The translations under genes and the position numbers were made by a program. A DNA stretch of 64,000 nt, taken from positions 352,079 to 416,078 of the forward strand of contig CAYOCJ010000001.1 of assembly GCA_964402565.1 (NCBI GenBank), written 5' to 3'. Source of the DNA: an uncultured Gammaproteobacteria bacterium (lineage in GTDB: Bacteria > Patescibacteriota > Patescibacteriia > UBA1558 > 2-01-FULL-52-15). Under the pieces are notes generated by a model. It was not told the DNA's origin, did no database searches, and saw only the letters and a program-made list of their open reading frames with translations. This document shows positions 18,837 through 29,432 of the stretch, piece by piece. Position 1 is the stretch's first letter. Each line of letters begins with the position of its first letter.

Positions 18837-19961
18837 ATGAACGCATCGTTGCTCTACATTACGAACTATCGAATGCCGACTGAAAAGGCTCATGGCTTGC
18901 AAGTGGCGCGCATGTGCGATGCATTCGCCGAAGCGGGCGCATCACTTGAGCTCGTTGTTCCAAAAAGGCCATTCATCAAAGAGTCAGTGCGGGCATACTA
19001 TGGCCTTCGCCATGAATTTCCGGTGACCTATTTGCCGGTATGGGATCTGACAGGAAAAATTCCATTCATTGGTTTTTTCATCCAGAGCCTGACATTCGCT
19101 TTTGCAGCATTGCAGTATGTCCGAATGAAGAAATATAACGGACCGATCATAACACGCGATCAGTTCACTGCATTTGTATTTTCTTTGGCCGGCCGCAATG
19201 CTTTTTTTTATGAAGCGCATACGCTTCCGAAGCGCGGTTCTTTTTTTTATCGCAGCATCTTTAAAAAAGCCACGCGCATCATCGTCATTAGCGACGGATT
19301 GCGAGATGCGCTTGTGCAGCAAGGTGTTCCCTCCGATAAGATAGTTGTGGAACGCGATGCGTATGAACCTTCGCTTTTTTTGAAAACGGGAGCATCAAGC
19401 GAGATCCGCCAGCGCCTTGGAGTAGAGGAGCATAAAGCATTGATCATGTATATCGGGTCGCTCATGCGCTGGAAAGGCGTCTATACGTTACTTGATGCTG
19501 CGGATATGCTGCCGAGCACCTACCATGTAGTTATCATCGGTGGTCCGCAAAAAGATTTTGAAGCTCTTGAACAGTATTTTCATGAGCATCACATACGCAA
19601 TGTTAGTTTAAAAAAACAGACTCCGCACAGCGAAATTGCGCTCTATGTACGCGCGGCAGATATTCTGGTGCTGCCGAATAGCGCTGTGGATGATATTTCG
19701 CGACTCTATACATCACCCTTAAAGCTATTTGATTACCTCGCCAGTGCGCGGCCCATTGTTGCAAGCGATGTACCTTCATTGCATGAAATTGGCGACCAAT
19801 TCAGCGGCATTTCGTATTTCAAGCCTGATGATGCCGGCGAACTTGCTCGGGTCATTACTTCAGCGGACTATCGCCAACATTATAAGCGGGACATGCGTGC
19901 ATATACCTGGGACGCTCGGGCAAGCCGCATTTTGAAGCTTATAGCAGATGCATCAGCATAG
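18837..19961 (+). CDS. GT4-family glycosyltransferase
   Basis: GT-B architecture. Motif LKLFDYLASARPIVASDVPSLHEIG. Confidence 0.65.
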   Translation: MNASLLYITNYRMPTEKAHGLQVARMCDAFAEAGASLELVVPKRPFIKESVRAYYGLRHEFPVTYLPVWDLTGKIPFIGFFIQSLTFAFAALQYVRMKKYNGPIITRDQFTAFVFSLAGRNAFFYEAHTLPKRGSFFYRSIFKKATRIIVISDGLRDALVQQGVPSDKIVVERDAYEPSLFLKTGASSEIRQRLGVEEHKALIMYIGSLMRWKGVYTLLDAADMLPSTYHVVIIGGPQKDFEALEQYFHEHHIRNVSLKKQTPHSEIALYVRAADILVLPNSAVDDISRLYTSPLKLFDYLASARPIVASDVPSLHEIGDQFSGISYFKPDDAGELARVITSADYRQHYKRDMRAYTWDARASRILKLIADASA

Positions 19962-19994
19962 ACAAAATCAGGCCATTTTGTTAGTATACTTCGT

Positions 19995-20969
19995 ATGTTA
20001 ACGACACAAGAACCGCTCAACAAAGAGAAATTTCAACTCATTTCAATCGTTGTACCGATCTATAATGAGGAAGAGAGCATTCATTTGCTCTATGACAAGA
20101 TACGGGAGCAAAACGCTTTTGATTGGGAAATCATTATGGTCAACGATGGGTCAACTGATGCCAGCGCTGATCGTCTGCGTGAGCTGGCAGAGAAAGATGC
20201 TCGTGTAAAAGTCATTAATTTACGAAGAAATTACGGACAAACGGCTGCTATGGCTGCCGGTTTTAATTTCGCTCACGGCGATGTGGTGGTTCCGCTGGAT
20301 GCTGATCTGCAAAATGATCCGAGCGACATCCCTCAGCTGCTCTCAGTTCTAGCCGAGGGGTACGACGTAGTATCTGGCTGGAGAAAGGAGCGATGGCAGG
20401 ATAAGCGCTTGTCTCGAAAGCTTCCGTCCTTGCTCGCGAATATTCTTATTTCGCGCATTACGGGGACCACATTGCACGATTATGGCTGCACCCTGAAAGC
20501 GTACCGCCGAACTGTTTTGAACGACGTGAAGCTCTATGGAGAAATGCATCGCTATATTCCGGCTTTCGCCGCATGGCAAGGAGCCCGTGTTACAGAAATA
20601 CCAGTTCACTACCATAAACGTCGCTTCGGCAAGACAAAATATGGCATGAGCCGTATTTTTCGCGTGATCTTAGATCTGGTAACGGTTAAATTTTTGATCG
20701 GCTATTCGACAAAACCAATGCATTTTTTCGGCAAGTTCGGCGTCTGGAGCCTGATCGTATCAGCGGTGGCCGGCGGATTAGCCATCGACTGGAAGATTTA
20801 CTACGGCACGAGCCTCATTTCTACGCCATTGCCATTGTTTGCAGCGCTTTTCTTCATTGTAGGTGTGCAGTTGATCTTAATGGGCCTGGTGGCAGAAATG
20901 ATGACGCGGAATTACTACGAAACATCCGGCAGGCCTATTTATAACGTGAAGGATACATTGAACATGTAA
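19995..20969 (+). CDS. GT2 polyprenyl-phosphate sugar synthase (GtrB/ArnC/DPM1-like) with C-terminal TM helices
   Basis: Motifs ISIVVPIYNEEESI, VNDGSTDAS and DADLQNDPSDIP. The C-terminus has 2-3 TM helices. Confidence 0.8.
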   Translation: MLTTQEPLNKEKFQLISIVVPIYNEEESIHLLYDKIREQNAFDWEIIMVNDGSTDASADRLRELAEKDARVKVINLRRNYGQTAAMAAGFNFAHGDVVVPLDADLQNDPSDIPQLLSVLAEGYDVVSGWRKERWQDKRLSRKLPSLLANILISRITGTTLHDYGCTLKAYRRTVLNDVKLYGEMHRYIPAFAAWQGARVTEIPVHYHKRRFGKTKYGMSRIFRVILDLVTVKFLIGYSTKPMHFFGKFGVWSLIVSAVAGGLAIDWKIYYGTSLISTPLPLFAALFFIVGVQLILMGLVAEMMTRNYYETSGRPIYNVKDTLNM

Positions 20970-20979
20970 CTCTTCCTGG

Positions 20980-21013
20980 TCGTTCGCCTGATCTAGTTCG
21001 AACGATTTTTTAT
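20980..21013 (+). terminator. rho-independent terminator
   Basis: The stem is TCGTTCG (20980-20986) paired with CGAACGA (20999-21005). A TTTTTTATT tract follows. Confidence 0.55.
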
Positions 21014-21040
21014 TAAGCAAAGAAATTTAATAGACATCAC

Positions 21041-21904
21041 ATGGCAGATGCGCAAGAACTCTCGATGCGACCGGCTCTGAAATGGAAATGTCTTTCATGT
21101 TCCGGCGCTTTGCACGCAGAGAACGGCGCTTTACGATGCGCGTCGTGCGGGACCGTATACGCTTACAAGAACGGCCAGTATTTTTTTTTGAAGACCACTG
21201 TTAACGATAATCGGTTCGAGGTCAGACTGCGCAATTTCTATAAACGTTTTCCGCGGCTGTATTATTTCGTCGCAACTTTTTTTGGACCAGCGCTCTTTAC
21301 CGGAATGACAGCAAGGCGTTTTTTGAAAAAGTACTATCACGACGGAATGACCGTATTGAATCTTGGGTCAGGGCCCAAGATCCTTGGCGACTCGATCATA
21401 AATATAGATATGTTTCCGTACCATGGCGTGACCATAGTGTCTGATGTGTGTACTGTACCTCTCGCAGACGGTACCGCTGACCTCATTCTGTGTGATGAGC
21501 TCGTAGAGCACGTTGAAAGCGTCGACAAACTGTTTGCCGAAGTGAAGCGTCTGCTGAAACCGGGCGGACATGTGTACTTTTCTATACCATTTTTGTATCC
21601 TTTCCATTCGTCGCCGGTTGATTTCTCTCGGTGGACATTATCAGGCTTCAAACAAAAACTTTCTGCGGTTGGGCTCTCTGATGTTGAGAAAGGCGTTTTG
21701 GCCGGACCCTTTTCTGCGTTAAGCGCCTATGCCTGTTATGTCTTTGCGCTGATGTTCTCATTTAACAGCGAGCGCCTGTTCTGGTTGCTCATGAATATAA
21801 GTATTTTCATTTTTTTTCCGATCAAATTTCTTGATCTCATCGCACATCGATTGCGATTAGCAAGCCATGTTGCATCGGTTCTCTATTATGTCGCTAAAAA
21901 ATAA
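21041..21904 (+). CDS. SAM-dependent methyltransferase with N-terminal zinc ribbon
   Basis: The zinc ribbon is CLSCSG..17..CASCG. The class I methyltransferase motif is VLNLGSGPK..D. Confidence 0.6.
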   Translation: MADAQELSMRPALKWKCLSCSGALHAENGALRCASCGTVYAYKNGQYFFLKTTVNDNRFEVRLRNFYKRFPRLYYFVATFFGPALFTGMTARRFLKKYYHDGMTVLNLGSGPKILGDSIINIDMFPYHGVTIVSDVCTVPLADGTADLILCDELVEHVESVDKLFAEVKRLLKPGGHVYFSIPFLYPFHSSPVDFSRWTLSGFKQKLSAVGLSDVEKGVLAGPFSALSAYACYVFALMFSFNSERLFWLLMNISIFIFFPIKFLDLIAHRLRLASHVASVLYYVAKK

Positions 21905-21911
21905 CAACGCT

Positions 21912-22685
21912 ATGCCTACCATGCACGATCGTTTTGGTTTCGAATGGGAAAAATACAATAGTATTAAACCCGAATATCGCGAGCAATATCGTGAACAGTT
22001 TCTGAATTGGACGCATCCGTTGCAGCCGGATTTTTATACAGGGAAGCGCATCCTCGATGCAGGGTGCGGCATGGGGCGGAACAGCTACTGGTGCCTGGAA
22101 TGGGGCGCTGCGTCTCTTGTCGGCTGCGACCATGATCTGAGATCGGTCGAGGCAGCTCGAGAAACATTGAAGAAATTTTCGAATGTCGAATTATCTCAGC
22201 TTGATCTCGAAGACCTGCCGTGGCAGAACGAGTTTGATTTTATATTCTCCATTGGCGTAGTGCATCATACGAAGCATCCTGACATAGTCATGAAAGAGCT
22301 CTATGAAGCGCTGAAGCCCGGTGGCGAGGTATTGCTATGGGTATACTCGAGCGTCGGGTACGAAGGCGTTTTGAAGATATTGAACCCGATCAGAAAATAC
22401 ATCACGAGTCATATGAACCTGCGCCTCTTGCATGTGGTGACCTATCTCTGCAGTATACCGCTGTACGCATGGATACATCTGTTCCCGGTCAAAAAGCCGT
22501 ACTTCCAGCAAATGAAAACATTCTCATTTTCGCACATGCACAGCATTCTATTCGACCAATTGCTTCCCGAGATAGCGCGGTATTATTCGAAAGATGAAGC
22601 CGCAGATCTCGTATCGCAATTTAAGGACGCTGAAGTATATGCTCCGCCCAATGCTACCGGCTGGATAGTTCGGGCAAAAAAATAA
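21912..22685 (+). CDS. class I SAM-dependent methyltransferase
   Basis: The ORF is called from 21867. The ATG at 21912 follows the upstream stop. Motif ILDAGCGMGRNSYW. Confidence 0.65.
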   Translation: MPTMHDRFGFEWEKYNSIKPEYREQYREQFLNWTHPLQPDFYTGKRILDAGCGMGRNSYWCLEWGAASLVGCDHDLRSVEAARETLKKFSNVELSQLDLEDLPWQNEFDFIFSIGVVHHTKHPDIVMKELYEALKPGGEVLLWVYSSVGYEGVLKILNPIRKYITSHMNLRLLHVVTYLCSIPLYAWIHLFPVKKPYFQQMKTFSFSHMHSILFDQLLPEIARYYSKDEAADLVSQFKDAEVYAPPNATGWIVRAKK

Positions 22686-22702
22686 CATCGTTTAAGGTTC
22701 GC

Positions 22703-24508
22703 ATGCAGATCACTCATTACCCCCGACAATTACTGCATCGTTTTTGGATACCCGCATGCGTCGCGGTATTGGTCGCTTGTCTCTACGGCATGCCCTACAT
22801 CGTTTCCATTGTGCAGCTGGGTTCACGTTATCACGGCATACCGATGATGGTGACCGGTGATGAAGAGACCTATGTGGCCAGGATGCATGATATTCTTGAT
22901 GGCCATCCCATGTTAGGTTCGCCAGTTTTCTTTGAGTACAAAGACCAGATCCCGCTTTTGCCGCCGACAGGGGAGTGGCTCTATATACTGCCGAGTCTCG
23001 TATTCGGAGCGAATCTCATCGATGTGGTCATAGCGAGCAAATTTATAGTACCTGCGCTGCTTGCGCTAGCGGTATATGTTTGTGCTCTAAGTTTTTTTGA
23101 AGAACGCAATCGTAATGTGAGGGTGATCGCTGGTGCTATTTCTCTAGCTGTGCTGTGCGGGTATGATGTTGTCGATTTCAGGCAGGTAGTCGGCTTGCTG
23201 CGCGGGTCTGTAACGCCGAGTGCTTTTCTTATCTGGTCCAGACTGGTGAACCCCATCACCGGTGCGATCGCATTATTCGTTTACCTTGCGTCACTGAATC
23301 GTATACTCAAAGGCTCTCAGTCTTGGCGTCCCATGACGGTGGGCGCTATCGCTTTGGCTTTCATGTTCGCGTCTTATTTTTTCAGCTGGGCATATGCCCT
23401 TACGATCACCCTGTGCGTATCGATATTGCTTGCTGTCACTCGGCGATTGAAACTCATGAAGCGGCTGCTAGCGCTTGCGGGCGCTGGTATTTTGCTCGCA
23501 GCGCCGTATTGGTATATGCTTGCGCGGTTATTCAGCCAGCCCTCATATATGCATGGAGAGGGTTTATCAGCTCTGTTCCATACGCATCAACCAGTCATCA
23601 ATAAATTTGTGCTGCTGATGCTCATTGTTTTTTGTGCAGCGTTGTTTCTGTGGCGGCGGTATGAAAAGTCCGACGTGCTCCGCGATAATGCAGTACTGAT
23701 GATGGCTGCATGCGTTCTTGCAAGTTGTATCGTATTTATGCAACAGATCGTCACCGGTGTTGCCATTTGGCCTTTTCATTTTGTGCAATACACCATACCG
23801 GTTCTGATCATGATTTTGTATCTCATCATCTATCGATCATTGCGCTTTGCAGGTTTTGCATGGATACGCACGATCGGAAAAGCTGCGCTGTTCTATATAC
23901 TCCCGTTATGCGCGCTTCTCTATGCGATAACGTTGCAATCGCGGGTCTATGCATTCTGGGTGCCGACGGTTATTGATCAGCAGCGCTATGCTGCAGTGTT
24001 TCAATGGCTTGATGAGCATACCGACCATGATTGCGTTGTGCTGACTCGTGAGGGCGCGGATGACAATTTAAATGCGCTTGTACCAGGTTTTACGCATTGT
24101 AATGTCTATACGTCAAATTATCGCTTCTTGCATGCGCCCAATATACAGGAGCGCTTTGAGCATAACTATTTTACGCAATTGCGTTTGCATGGCATTACTC
24201 CGGCGACGGCGCCACTGTATATCCGCGACCACGAACGTGAAGCGCGAAGCTACCTGGGCGATACGCTGCAAGAATATTTTGGGGAACAAAAATTTTCTGA
24301 TGTGCCTCTTTCTGATTTCAAGTCAAAGATCGGGGAGCTGAGCATTTTGTATAAAAAATTCTATGAACAAGACTTTCGCACTGAACTTGAGAAATATCGA
24401 ATTGACGTGCTGATATCTACAACGCCTCTTGCATCGGATGTGATCGGATCGATACAGGGCCTGCACAGCGAAGGTGAACTTAATGGCGTTTCAGTGTATA
24501 CTCTATAG
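22703..24508 (+). CDS. polytopic GT-C-like membrane protein (ArnT/PMT-like DE motif)
   Basis: 601 aa with more than 10 TM helices. The first-loop motif VTGDEETYVARMHDILDGH resembles the one in the GT-C at 17109. Confidence 0.45.
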   Translation: MQITHYPRQLLHRFWIPACVAVLVACLYGMPYIVSIVQLGSRYHGIPMMVTGDEETYVARMHDILDGHPMLGSPVFFEYKDQIPLLPPTGEWLYILPSLVFGANLIDVVIASKFIVPALLALAVYVCALSFFEERNRNVRVIAGAISLAVLCGYDVVDFRQVVGLLRGSVTPSAFLIWSRLVNPITGAIALFVYLASLNRILKGSQSWRPMTVGAIALAFMFASYFFSWAYALTITLCVSILLAVTRRLKLMKRLLALAGAGILLAAPYWYMLARLFSQPSYMHGEGLSALFHTHQPVINKFVLLMLIVFCAALFLWRRYEKSDVLRDNAVLMMAACVLASCIVFMQQIVTGVAIWPFHFVQYTIPVLIMILYLIIYRSLRFAGFAWIRTIGKAALFYILPLCALLYAITLQSRVYAFWVPTVIDQQRYAAVFQWLDEHTDHDCVVLTREGADDNLNALVPGFTHCNVYTSNYRFLHAPNIQERFEHNYFTQLRLHGITPATAPLYIRDHEREARSYLGDTLQEYFGEQKFSDVPLSDFKSKIGELSILYKKFYEQDFRTELEKYRIDVLISTTPLASDVIGSIQGLHSEGELNGVSVYTL

Positions 24509-24518
24509 TATTGTCCGT

Positions 24519-25250
24519 ATGGATAAACAATACGAATCAATATATCATTCAGCAGAAGATACTAATTGGTGGTTCAAGGCTCGGCAAGATTTTGTATATC
24601 GTTTTTTAAAGTTGCACGCATACGCTCCGGATACCCGGATATTAGATATTGGTTGCGGCGGAGGAGGGCTCTTGAGCTATTTACAGCAGCGGGGATTTTC
24701 GAAATTATCAGGCATCGATCTGTCGCCTGAGGCGATCGCGTTCTGCAAGTCGCGCAATCTATCATCGGTTACGCTCGACGATGCGCAATACGCACAGACC
24801 CTCGCTGAGGGCAGTTTCGATGTTATTATTGCTTCTGATGTTCTTGAGCATCTTCAGCACGCATCAGAAGCAATGCAGCGATGGAAAGACCTCCTTGCGC
24901 CCGGTGGCGTCATCATCCTTTTTGTGCCTGCCTATCAGGCGCTCTGGAGCGAGCGCGATGTGTTGAATAAACATATCATGCGGTATACGCAGCGGCAGGT
25001 ACTCGCTATGGTGGAAACATTGCATTTGCAGACGCTCACGCGCAGCTACTGGAATTTTTTTATGTTCGCTCCTTATGCGCTTTTGCTCAAAATAAAGAAG
25101 CATACGAAGAATAAGATCGTCACCATTCGCAACAAAGAAACCATCGTCAATAAAATTTTGAAAGCGATATTGAAGATCGAAAATAGTATGATACTGAAAG
25201 GCGCGCACTTGCCATTTGGTGTCAGTTTCCTGGGCATATTTAAAAAATGA
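24519..25250 (+). CDS. class I SAM-dependent methyltransferase
   Basis: The ORF is called from a GTG at 24474. The ATG at 24519 is 10 nt after the upstream stop. Motif ILDIGCGGGGLLSYL. Confidence 0.65.
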   Translation: MDKQYESIYHSAEDTNWWFKARQDFVYRFLKLHAYAPDTRILDIGCGGGGLLSYLQQRGFSKLSGIDLSPEAIAFCKSRNLSSVTLDDAQYAQTLAEGSFDVIIASDVLEHLQHASEAMQRWKDLLAPGGVIILFVPAYQALWSERDVLNKHIMRYTQRQVLAMVETLHLQTLTRSYWNFFMFAPYALLLKIKKHTKNKIVTIRNKETIVNKILKAILKIENSMILKGAHLPFGVSFLGIFKK

Positions 25251-25256
25251 CCGATC

Positions 25257-27662
25257 ATGAACAGCAACACTGACCATCCATCAGCATTGAACGGGTGGCG
25301 AGCAAAAGTTATTTTTATATTGCCCATCCTGGCGCTATTGATCATTTTTCGAGATGTGCTCTTTGCCGGCCGTATTTTTTCAGACGGCGATTCTTTTTTG
25401 TATTTTTATCCGCTATTCAAGATCATTGCATCTTCGAAATCTCTGGTCACGCCTTCTATACTCTCAGGTTTTCCGCTCTATACATCGGTCAATGCTTCAT
25501 GGTTTTATCCGGTATATAGTTTCCTGTTTCGTTTTTTTGACCTGTATAACGGCTATCATTACCTGACGCTGCTTAATTTTATTCTTGCATATGTCGGCAC
25601 CTACTGGTATACCCGATCGTTAAAAGTATCGCATGCCGGAAGCAGCATAGCAGGAGCGGTATTCATCTTTTCAGGACAATTGATGATGTGGGGTTCGGTC
25701 ATTGTAAATACGAACTATTATTGGATCCTGCCTTTCGTTCTGTACGGCATTGAGCATGCAAAAAAAGGAGGCTATTATTCGTCGTATCTTCTGTTGTCTG
25801 CACTGTTGCTAGGCACCGGATGGCTGTCGAGCCACACGCAATTCATCGTGTATATTCACGCTTTTGTTTTTTGCTACTATCTGAGATTTTGCATCGTTCC
25901 GGTCCGCAAAGATGCGGCCAGAGCGATGTACCGAACCGTCCTCATGTTGATCATGTTCGGCATATCGGCAGCCATAGGATATGTGCAGATACACTCGATC
26001 TTGTCGTTTACAAGCCAAACAGCGCGTGCCGGAGGCGTTGCATTGTCAGAGGCGTTTGCCGGCAGCTATCTGCCGCAGGACTTGCTGCAATACATTATTC
26101 CGTTCTGGCGTTTGCCTTTTTTTCCCGCTGCTGCGCCGAATCTGTATATTGGCATTATTCCGTTCATCTTGCTGGTATACGCGCTCTGGAACAATAAGCA
26201 AAATAGCACTGTACGTTTTTTTGCTTTCACGTTTTTTGTTTCTCTAGTAACAGGATTCTATTATTCGCCGGTTGCTCTTTTGATACACTACTTGCCTTTT
26301 GCACATGCATTCCGCGAATTGAGCAGACTTATGCTCATCGGGGATTTCGCTGCGGCAATGCTTGCGGCTTTTGCATTTGATCGACTTGCGATGAGCACTT
26401 CTGATGAACGTTTTCTGAAACTGCTCCTGATCTTTAAAAAGGTATTGCTTTGGGTTGGAGCGCCTCTCGTTTTCATTGCAACAGTATCCCGCCTTTTTTT
26501 CACAGTTATGATTGAACAGGTACTGCAGGGCTTGTTTTTTAAATTTAAATATGCGAATACCGCTCACTTAGCTCCGGAGCATTATCAGGCATTGATTCGA
26601 CAATATACGAAGAGTGCTTTGGATATTTTTTCACTGACGAATCCGCAGACCATCGTATCGATCATATTCATAGTGCTCTTGTTCGTAGCATGTCGGCAGC
26701 GGGCGCGCGTACATCAAAGTGGCTGGGCATTGCTCATAATGCTGCTGATCGTTTGCAATACCACATGCACCTATGCTGGTTTCTATACAACAGTGCCGCG
26801 CGCACTCGCCGAATCAGAGCCAGCCTCAATAGCCGCTATCAGTGATGACCGAAGCAATGATCAGCCCTTTCGAATATTCTCATTATTTACCGGTGTCGCA
26901 GAATATGACCGTTTCGCAGTGAATTGCAGTAATGACTCAGCGGAAGATAGGCTTGCTTTTGAACAGGCGCTTGCGGTGCCGAATATCAATATTCAATACG
27001 AGCTCGAGTCTGCAGACGGATATGAAAACTTCATGCCAAAACGGATAGCTGAGCTCCTGGCATATGTCGGATCTGAGCGCGCGACCGCAGGAGAATTGCT
27101 TTCTTCAAAAAAAATTCCGGTCGAAGAACGTATTCAGGAGTTTACCCGCAGAACGGATGTGCTGCGTCTCATGAATGTGCAGTATGTATTGTCGCCGTAC
27201 CAGATCAATGATCCCGGCCTCTTTGAAATATATCATGGGGATTTACCGGGATGCGGCGGCACCGACTACGTTTACAAGCTCTTGAATGCAATGCCGAGAT
27301 ATTTCTTTACGGATAAAGCCGAACAGCTGAAATCAAGTTCGGATGATATCGACGCCCTTGCTCATGAGCTCGGCCAGGCAATGCATAATCACTCGATCGT
27401 ACTTGAAACAGCTGCGGTGCATTCTGCGGAAGAGGGCACTGCGTTGATCGCTGAATTGCAGCCAGAAACAAGCGGCGATAAAATTACGTTTACGGTGAAC
27501 GAACCAAAGAGCGGATACGTTTTTGTCGGCAATGCATGGCTGCCCGGCTGGCACGCGAGCGTCGACAGCAAGCCGGTAACGATCGAACGTGCAGATTATA
27601 TGTATATGGCTGTTCCAGTTGAGGCGGGCTCTCACCGCATTGAATTTTTCTATGAACGATAA
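25257..27662 (+). CDS. YfhO-family polytopic membrane protein (GT-C-like; candidate extracytoplasmic glycan transferase)
   Basis: 801 aa. The N-terminal region is multi-TM. The YfhO-like C-terminus reads VGNAWLPGWHASVDSKPVTIERADYMYMAVPVEAGSHRIEFFYE. Confidence 0.55.
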   Translation: MNSNTDHPSALNGWRAKVIFILPILALLIIFRDVLFAGRIFSDGDSFLYFYPLFKIIASSKSLVTPSILSGFPLYTSVNASWFYPVYSFLFRFFDLYNGYHYLTLLNFILAYVGTYWYTRSLKVSHAGSSIAGAVFIFSGQLMMWGSVIVNTNYYWILPFVLYGIEHAKKGGYYSSYLLLSALLLGTGWLSSHTQFIVYIHAFVFCYYLRFCIVPVRKDAARAMYRTVLMLIMFGISAAIGYVQIHSILSFTSQTARAGGVALSEAFAGSYLPQDLLQYIIPFWRLPFFPAAAPNLYIGIIPFILLVYALWNNKQNSTVRFFAFTFFVSLVTGFYYSPVALLIHYLPFAHAFRELSRLMLIGDFAAAMLAAFAFDRLAMSTSDERFLKLLLIFKKVLLWVGAPLVFIATVSRLFFTVMIEQVLQGLFFKFKYANTAHLAPEHYQALIRQYTKSALDIFSLTNPQTIVSIIFIVLLFVACRQRARVHQSGWALLIMLLIVCNTTCTYAGFYTTVPRALAESEPASIAAISDDRSNDQPFRIFSLFTGVAEYDRFAVNCSNDSAEDRLAFEQALAVPNINIQYELESADGYENFMPKRIAELLAYVGSERATAGELLSSKKIPVEERIQEFTRRTDVLRLMNVQYVLSPYQINDPGLFEIYHGDLPGCGGTDYVYKLLNAMPRYFFTDKAEQLKSSSDDIDALAHELGQAMHNHSIVLETAAVHSAEEGTALIAELQPETSGDKITFTVNEPKSGYVFVGNAWLPGWHASVDSKPVTIERADYMYMAVPVEAGSHRIEFFYER

Positions 27663-28566
27663 CGCTCACATGCAAAGCGAAATGCAGCTACACAAATCGT
27701 CCGTTTGCCCGCTCTGCCAGCGTGATCACGTGATGCCTTTGTTTAACAAAAATGGCTACCAGATAGTTCGATGCACTGACTGCGATTATACCTTCATCGA
27801 TCCTAGGCCAAGTGAAGCTGCTATGAAGGCATACTATGATTCGCATATGTATACGCGCGGGAATAAATATGTCTATACGAAAGAGGGGAGTGCGTTGACC
27901 TATGGCGAGCAAATAAATGACGAGCGAAAGCTGGCGTATATACGGAAATTTATATCCAGCGGCGCATTGCTCGATATCGGTGCGGCATTTGGATTTTTTG
28001 TCCACCAGGCCGCCCGGTTTTTTGATGCTCAAGGAGTCGAGCCATCGCACGAATCGGTCCTGAAAGCGCATGAGCTTGATATTCCTGTCCGCGAAGGAAC
28101 GGTCGATGCTATCCCCGAATCAGAACAGTATGATTGCATTGTGACGTGGGATGTGATCGAGCACGTATTTGATCCTCGAGACTTTGTACGAAAGATATCG
28201 AAACGCTTGAAATCGGATGGCTATTTATTTATCTCAACGGGCGACGCCTCTGGGATCGTTCCGCGGTTGTCGCTGAAGCACTGGGCTTTGATGACGCCGC
28301 CGGATCATCTGCAGTTTTTTTCAAAGACGACAATTTCATCGCTGCTTGAACAAGAGGGTTTCAAAGTCCTTGATATTCGGCATAGCGGGAAGTCCATGAC
28401 ATTAGAATGGTTTTTGTTCAAACTGTCAGATACATTTACGATCGCGCCCTTGCGTTTTTTGGCCCAGATTGTTAAAAAGTCAGGATTGAAGAGATTCCGC
28501 GTCTACGTGAATACCTTCGATATTATGACTGTTTGCGCGCAAAAGGTGCGTGATATACAATACTAA
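27652..28566 (+). CDS. SAM-dependent methyltransferase with N-terminal zinc-binding domain (sugar C/O-methyltransferase-like)
   Basis: The ORF is called from 27589. Starts are available at 27652 and 27670. The zinc ribbon is CPLCQ..17..CTDCDY. Methyltransferase motif LLDIGAAFGFF. Confidence 0.6.
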   Translation: MNDNAHMQSEMQLHKSSVCPLCQRDHVMPLFNKNGYQIVRCTDCDYTFIDPRPSEAAMKAYYDSHMYTRGNKYVYTKEGSALTYGEQINDERKLAYIRKFISSGALLDIGAAFGFFVHQAARFFDAQGVEPSHESVLKAHELDIPVREGTVDAIPESEQYDCIVTWDVIEHVFDPRDFVRKISKRLKSDGYLFISTGDASGIVPRLSLKHWALMTPPDHLQFFSKTTISSLLEQEGFKVLDIRHSGKSMTLEWFLFKLSDTFTIAPLRFLAQIVKKSGLKRFRVYVNTFDIMTVCAQKVRDIQY

Positions 28567-29432
28567 TGAGTTATTCTATGCCGATATCTTTCAGCATCAT
28601 CATCCCGTGTTTTAATGAAGCACCAAATATCGAGAAAACATTGCACGATCTCTTAGCGCATCTAAAAACGATCAGCATTGCACATGAAGTTATTGTAGTG
28701 AATGACGGGTCAACTGATGCATCCGCAGAGATCCTGAAAAAATTTCCGGTTCACGTCGTGCAGCACGCGATCAACAGAGGATATGGCGCTTCGTTGAAAA
28801 CAGGATCACTGGCCGCACAGTATGACTGGCTGCTTTTTTATGATGCAGACGGCCAGCATAAACCAGAGCATATTGATGACCTGCTCCGAGAAGCTGACAA
28901 CCATGATATGGTTGTCGGTGCCCGTGAAGGGTATCAGGGTCCGATGGTGAGACAGCCCGGAAAAAAGATCGTTAAATTGATCGCGCAATATTTGAGCGAT
29001 GCGCGCATCCCTGATCTGAACTCGGGTTTTCGTCTCGTGCGCAAAAGCATTTTTAATGAATTCATCAATCTGTATCCTGATGGTTTTTCATTGAGCACGA
29101 CCATTACGATCGCGCTACTCAAAAATCATTATCGCGTTTCATATGTGCCTATTCGCATCAACAAGCGATTGGGAAAGAGTACCGTAAAATGGAGCGATAT
29201 GCTGGGACAATTGGTGCTGATCAGCCGCTTGATCGTTCTATTTTCTCCGCTGCGTCTCTTTATTACCATCGCCGGTATCCTGTTTGCGTTCGGTTTCATT
29301 TCGCTGATCAATGACATCCTTGCCTTTAACCTGAACGAGTCGACTTATTTTCTGATCACTACATCACTGATCATTTTCTCATTCGGTTTGCTCGCTGATC
29401 AGCTTTCTGAAATTCGAAAACGTTTACGATGA
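28566..29432 (+). CDS. GT2 polyprenyl-phosphate sugar synthase (GtrB-like) with C-terminal TM helices
   Basis: TAATG overlap with the upstream gene. Motifs FSIIIPCFNEAPNI, VNDGSTDAS and YDADGQHKPEHIDDL. TM helices follow residue 220. Confidence 0.8.
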   Translation: MSYSMPISFSIIIPCFNEAPNIEKTLHDLLAHLKTISIAHEVIVVNDGSTDASAEILKKFPVHVVQHAINRGYGASLKTGSLAAQYDWLLFYDADGQHKPEHIDDLLREADNHDMVVGAREGYQGPMVRQPGKKIVKLIAQYLSDARIPDLNSGFRLVRKSIFNEFINLYPDGFSLSTTITIALLKNHYRVSYVPIRINKRLGKSTVKWSDMLGQLVLISRLIVLFSPLRLFITIAGILFAFGFISLINDILAFNLNESTYFLITTSLIIFSFGLLADQLSEIRKRLR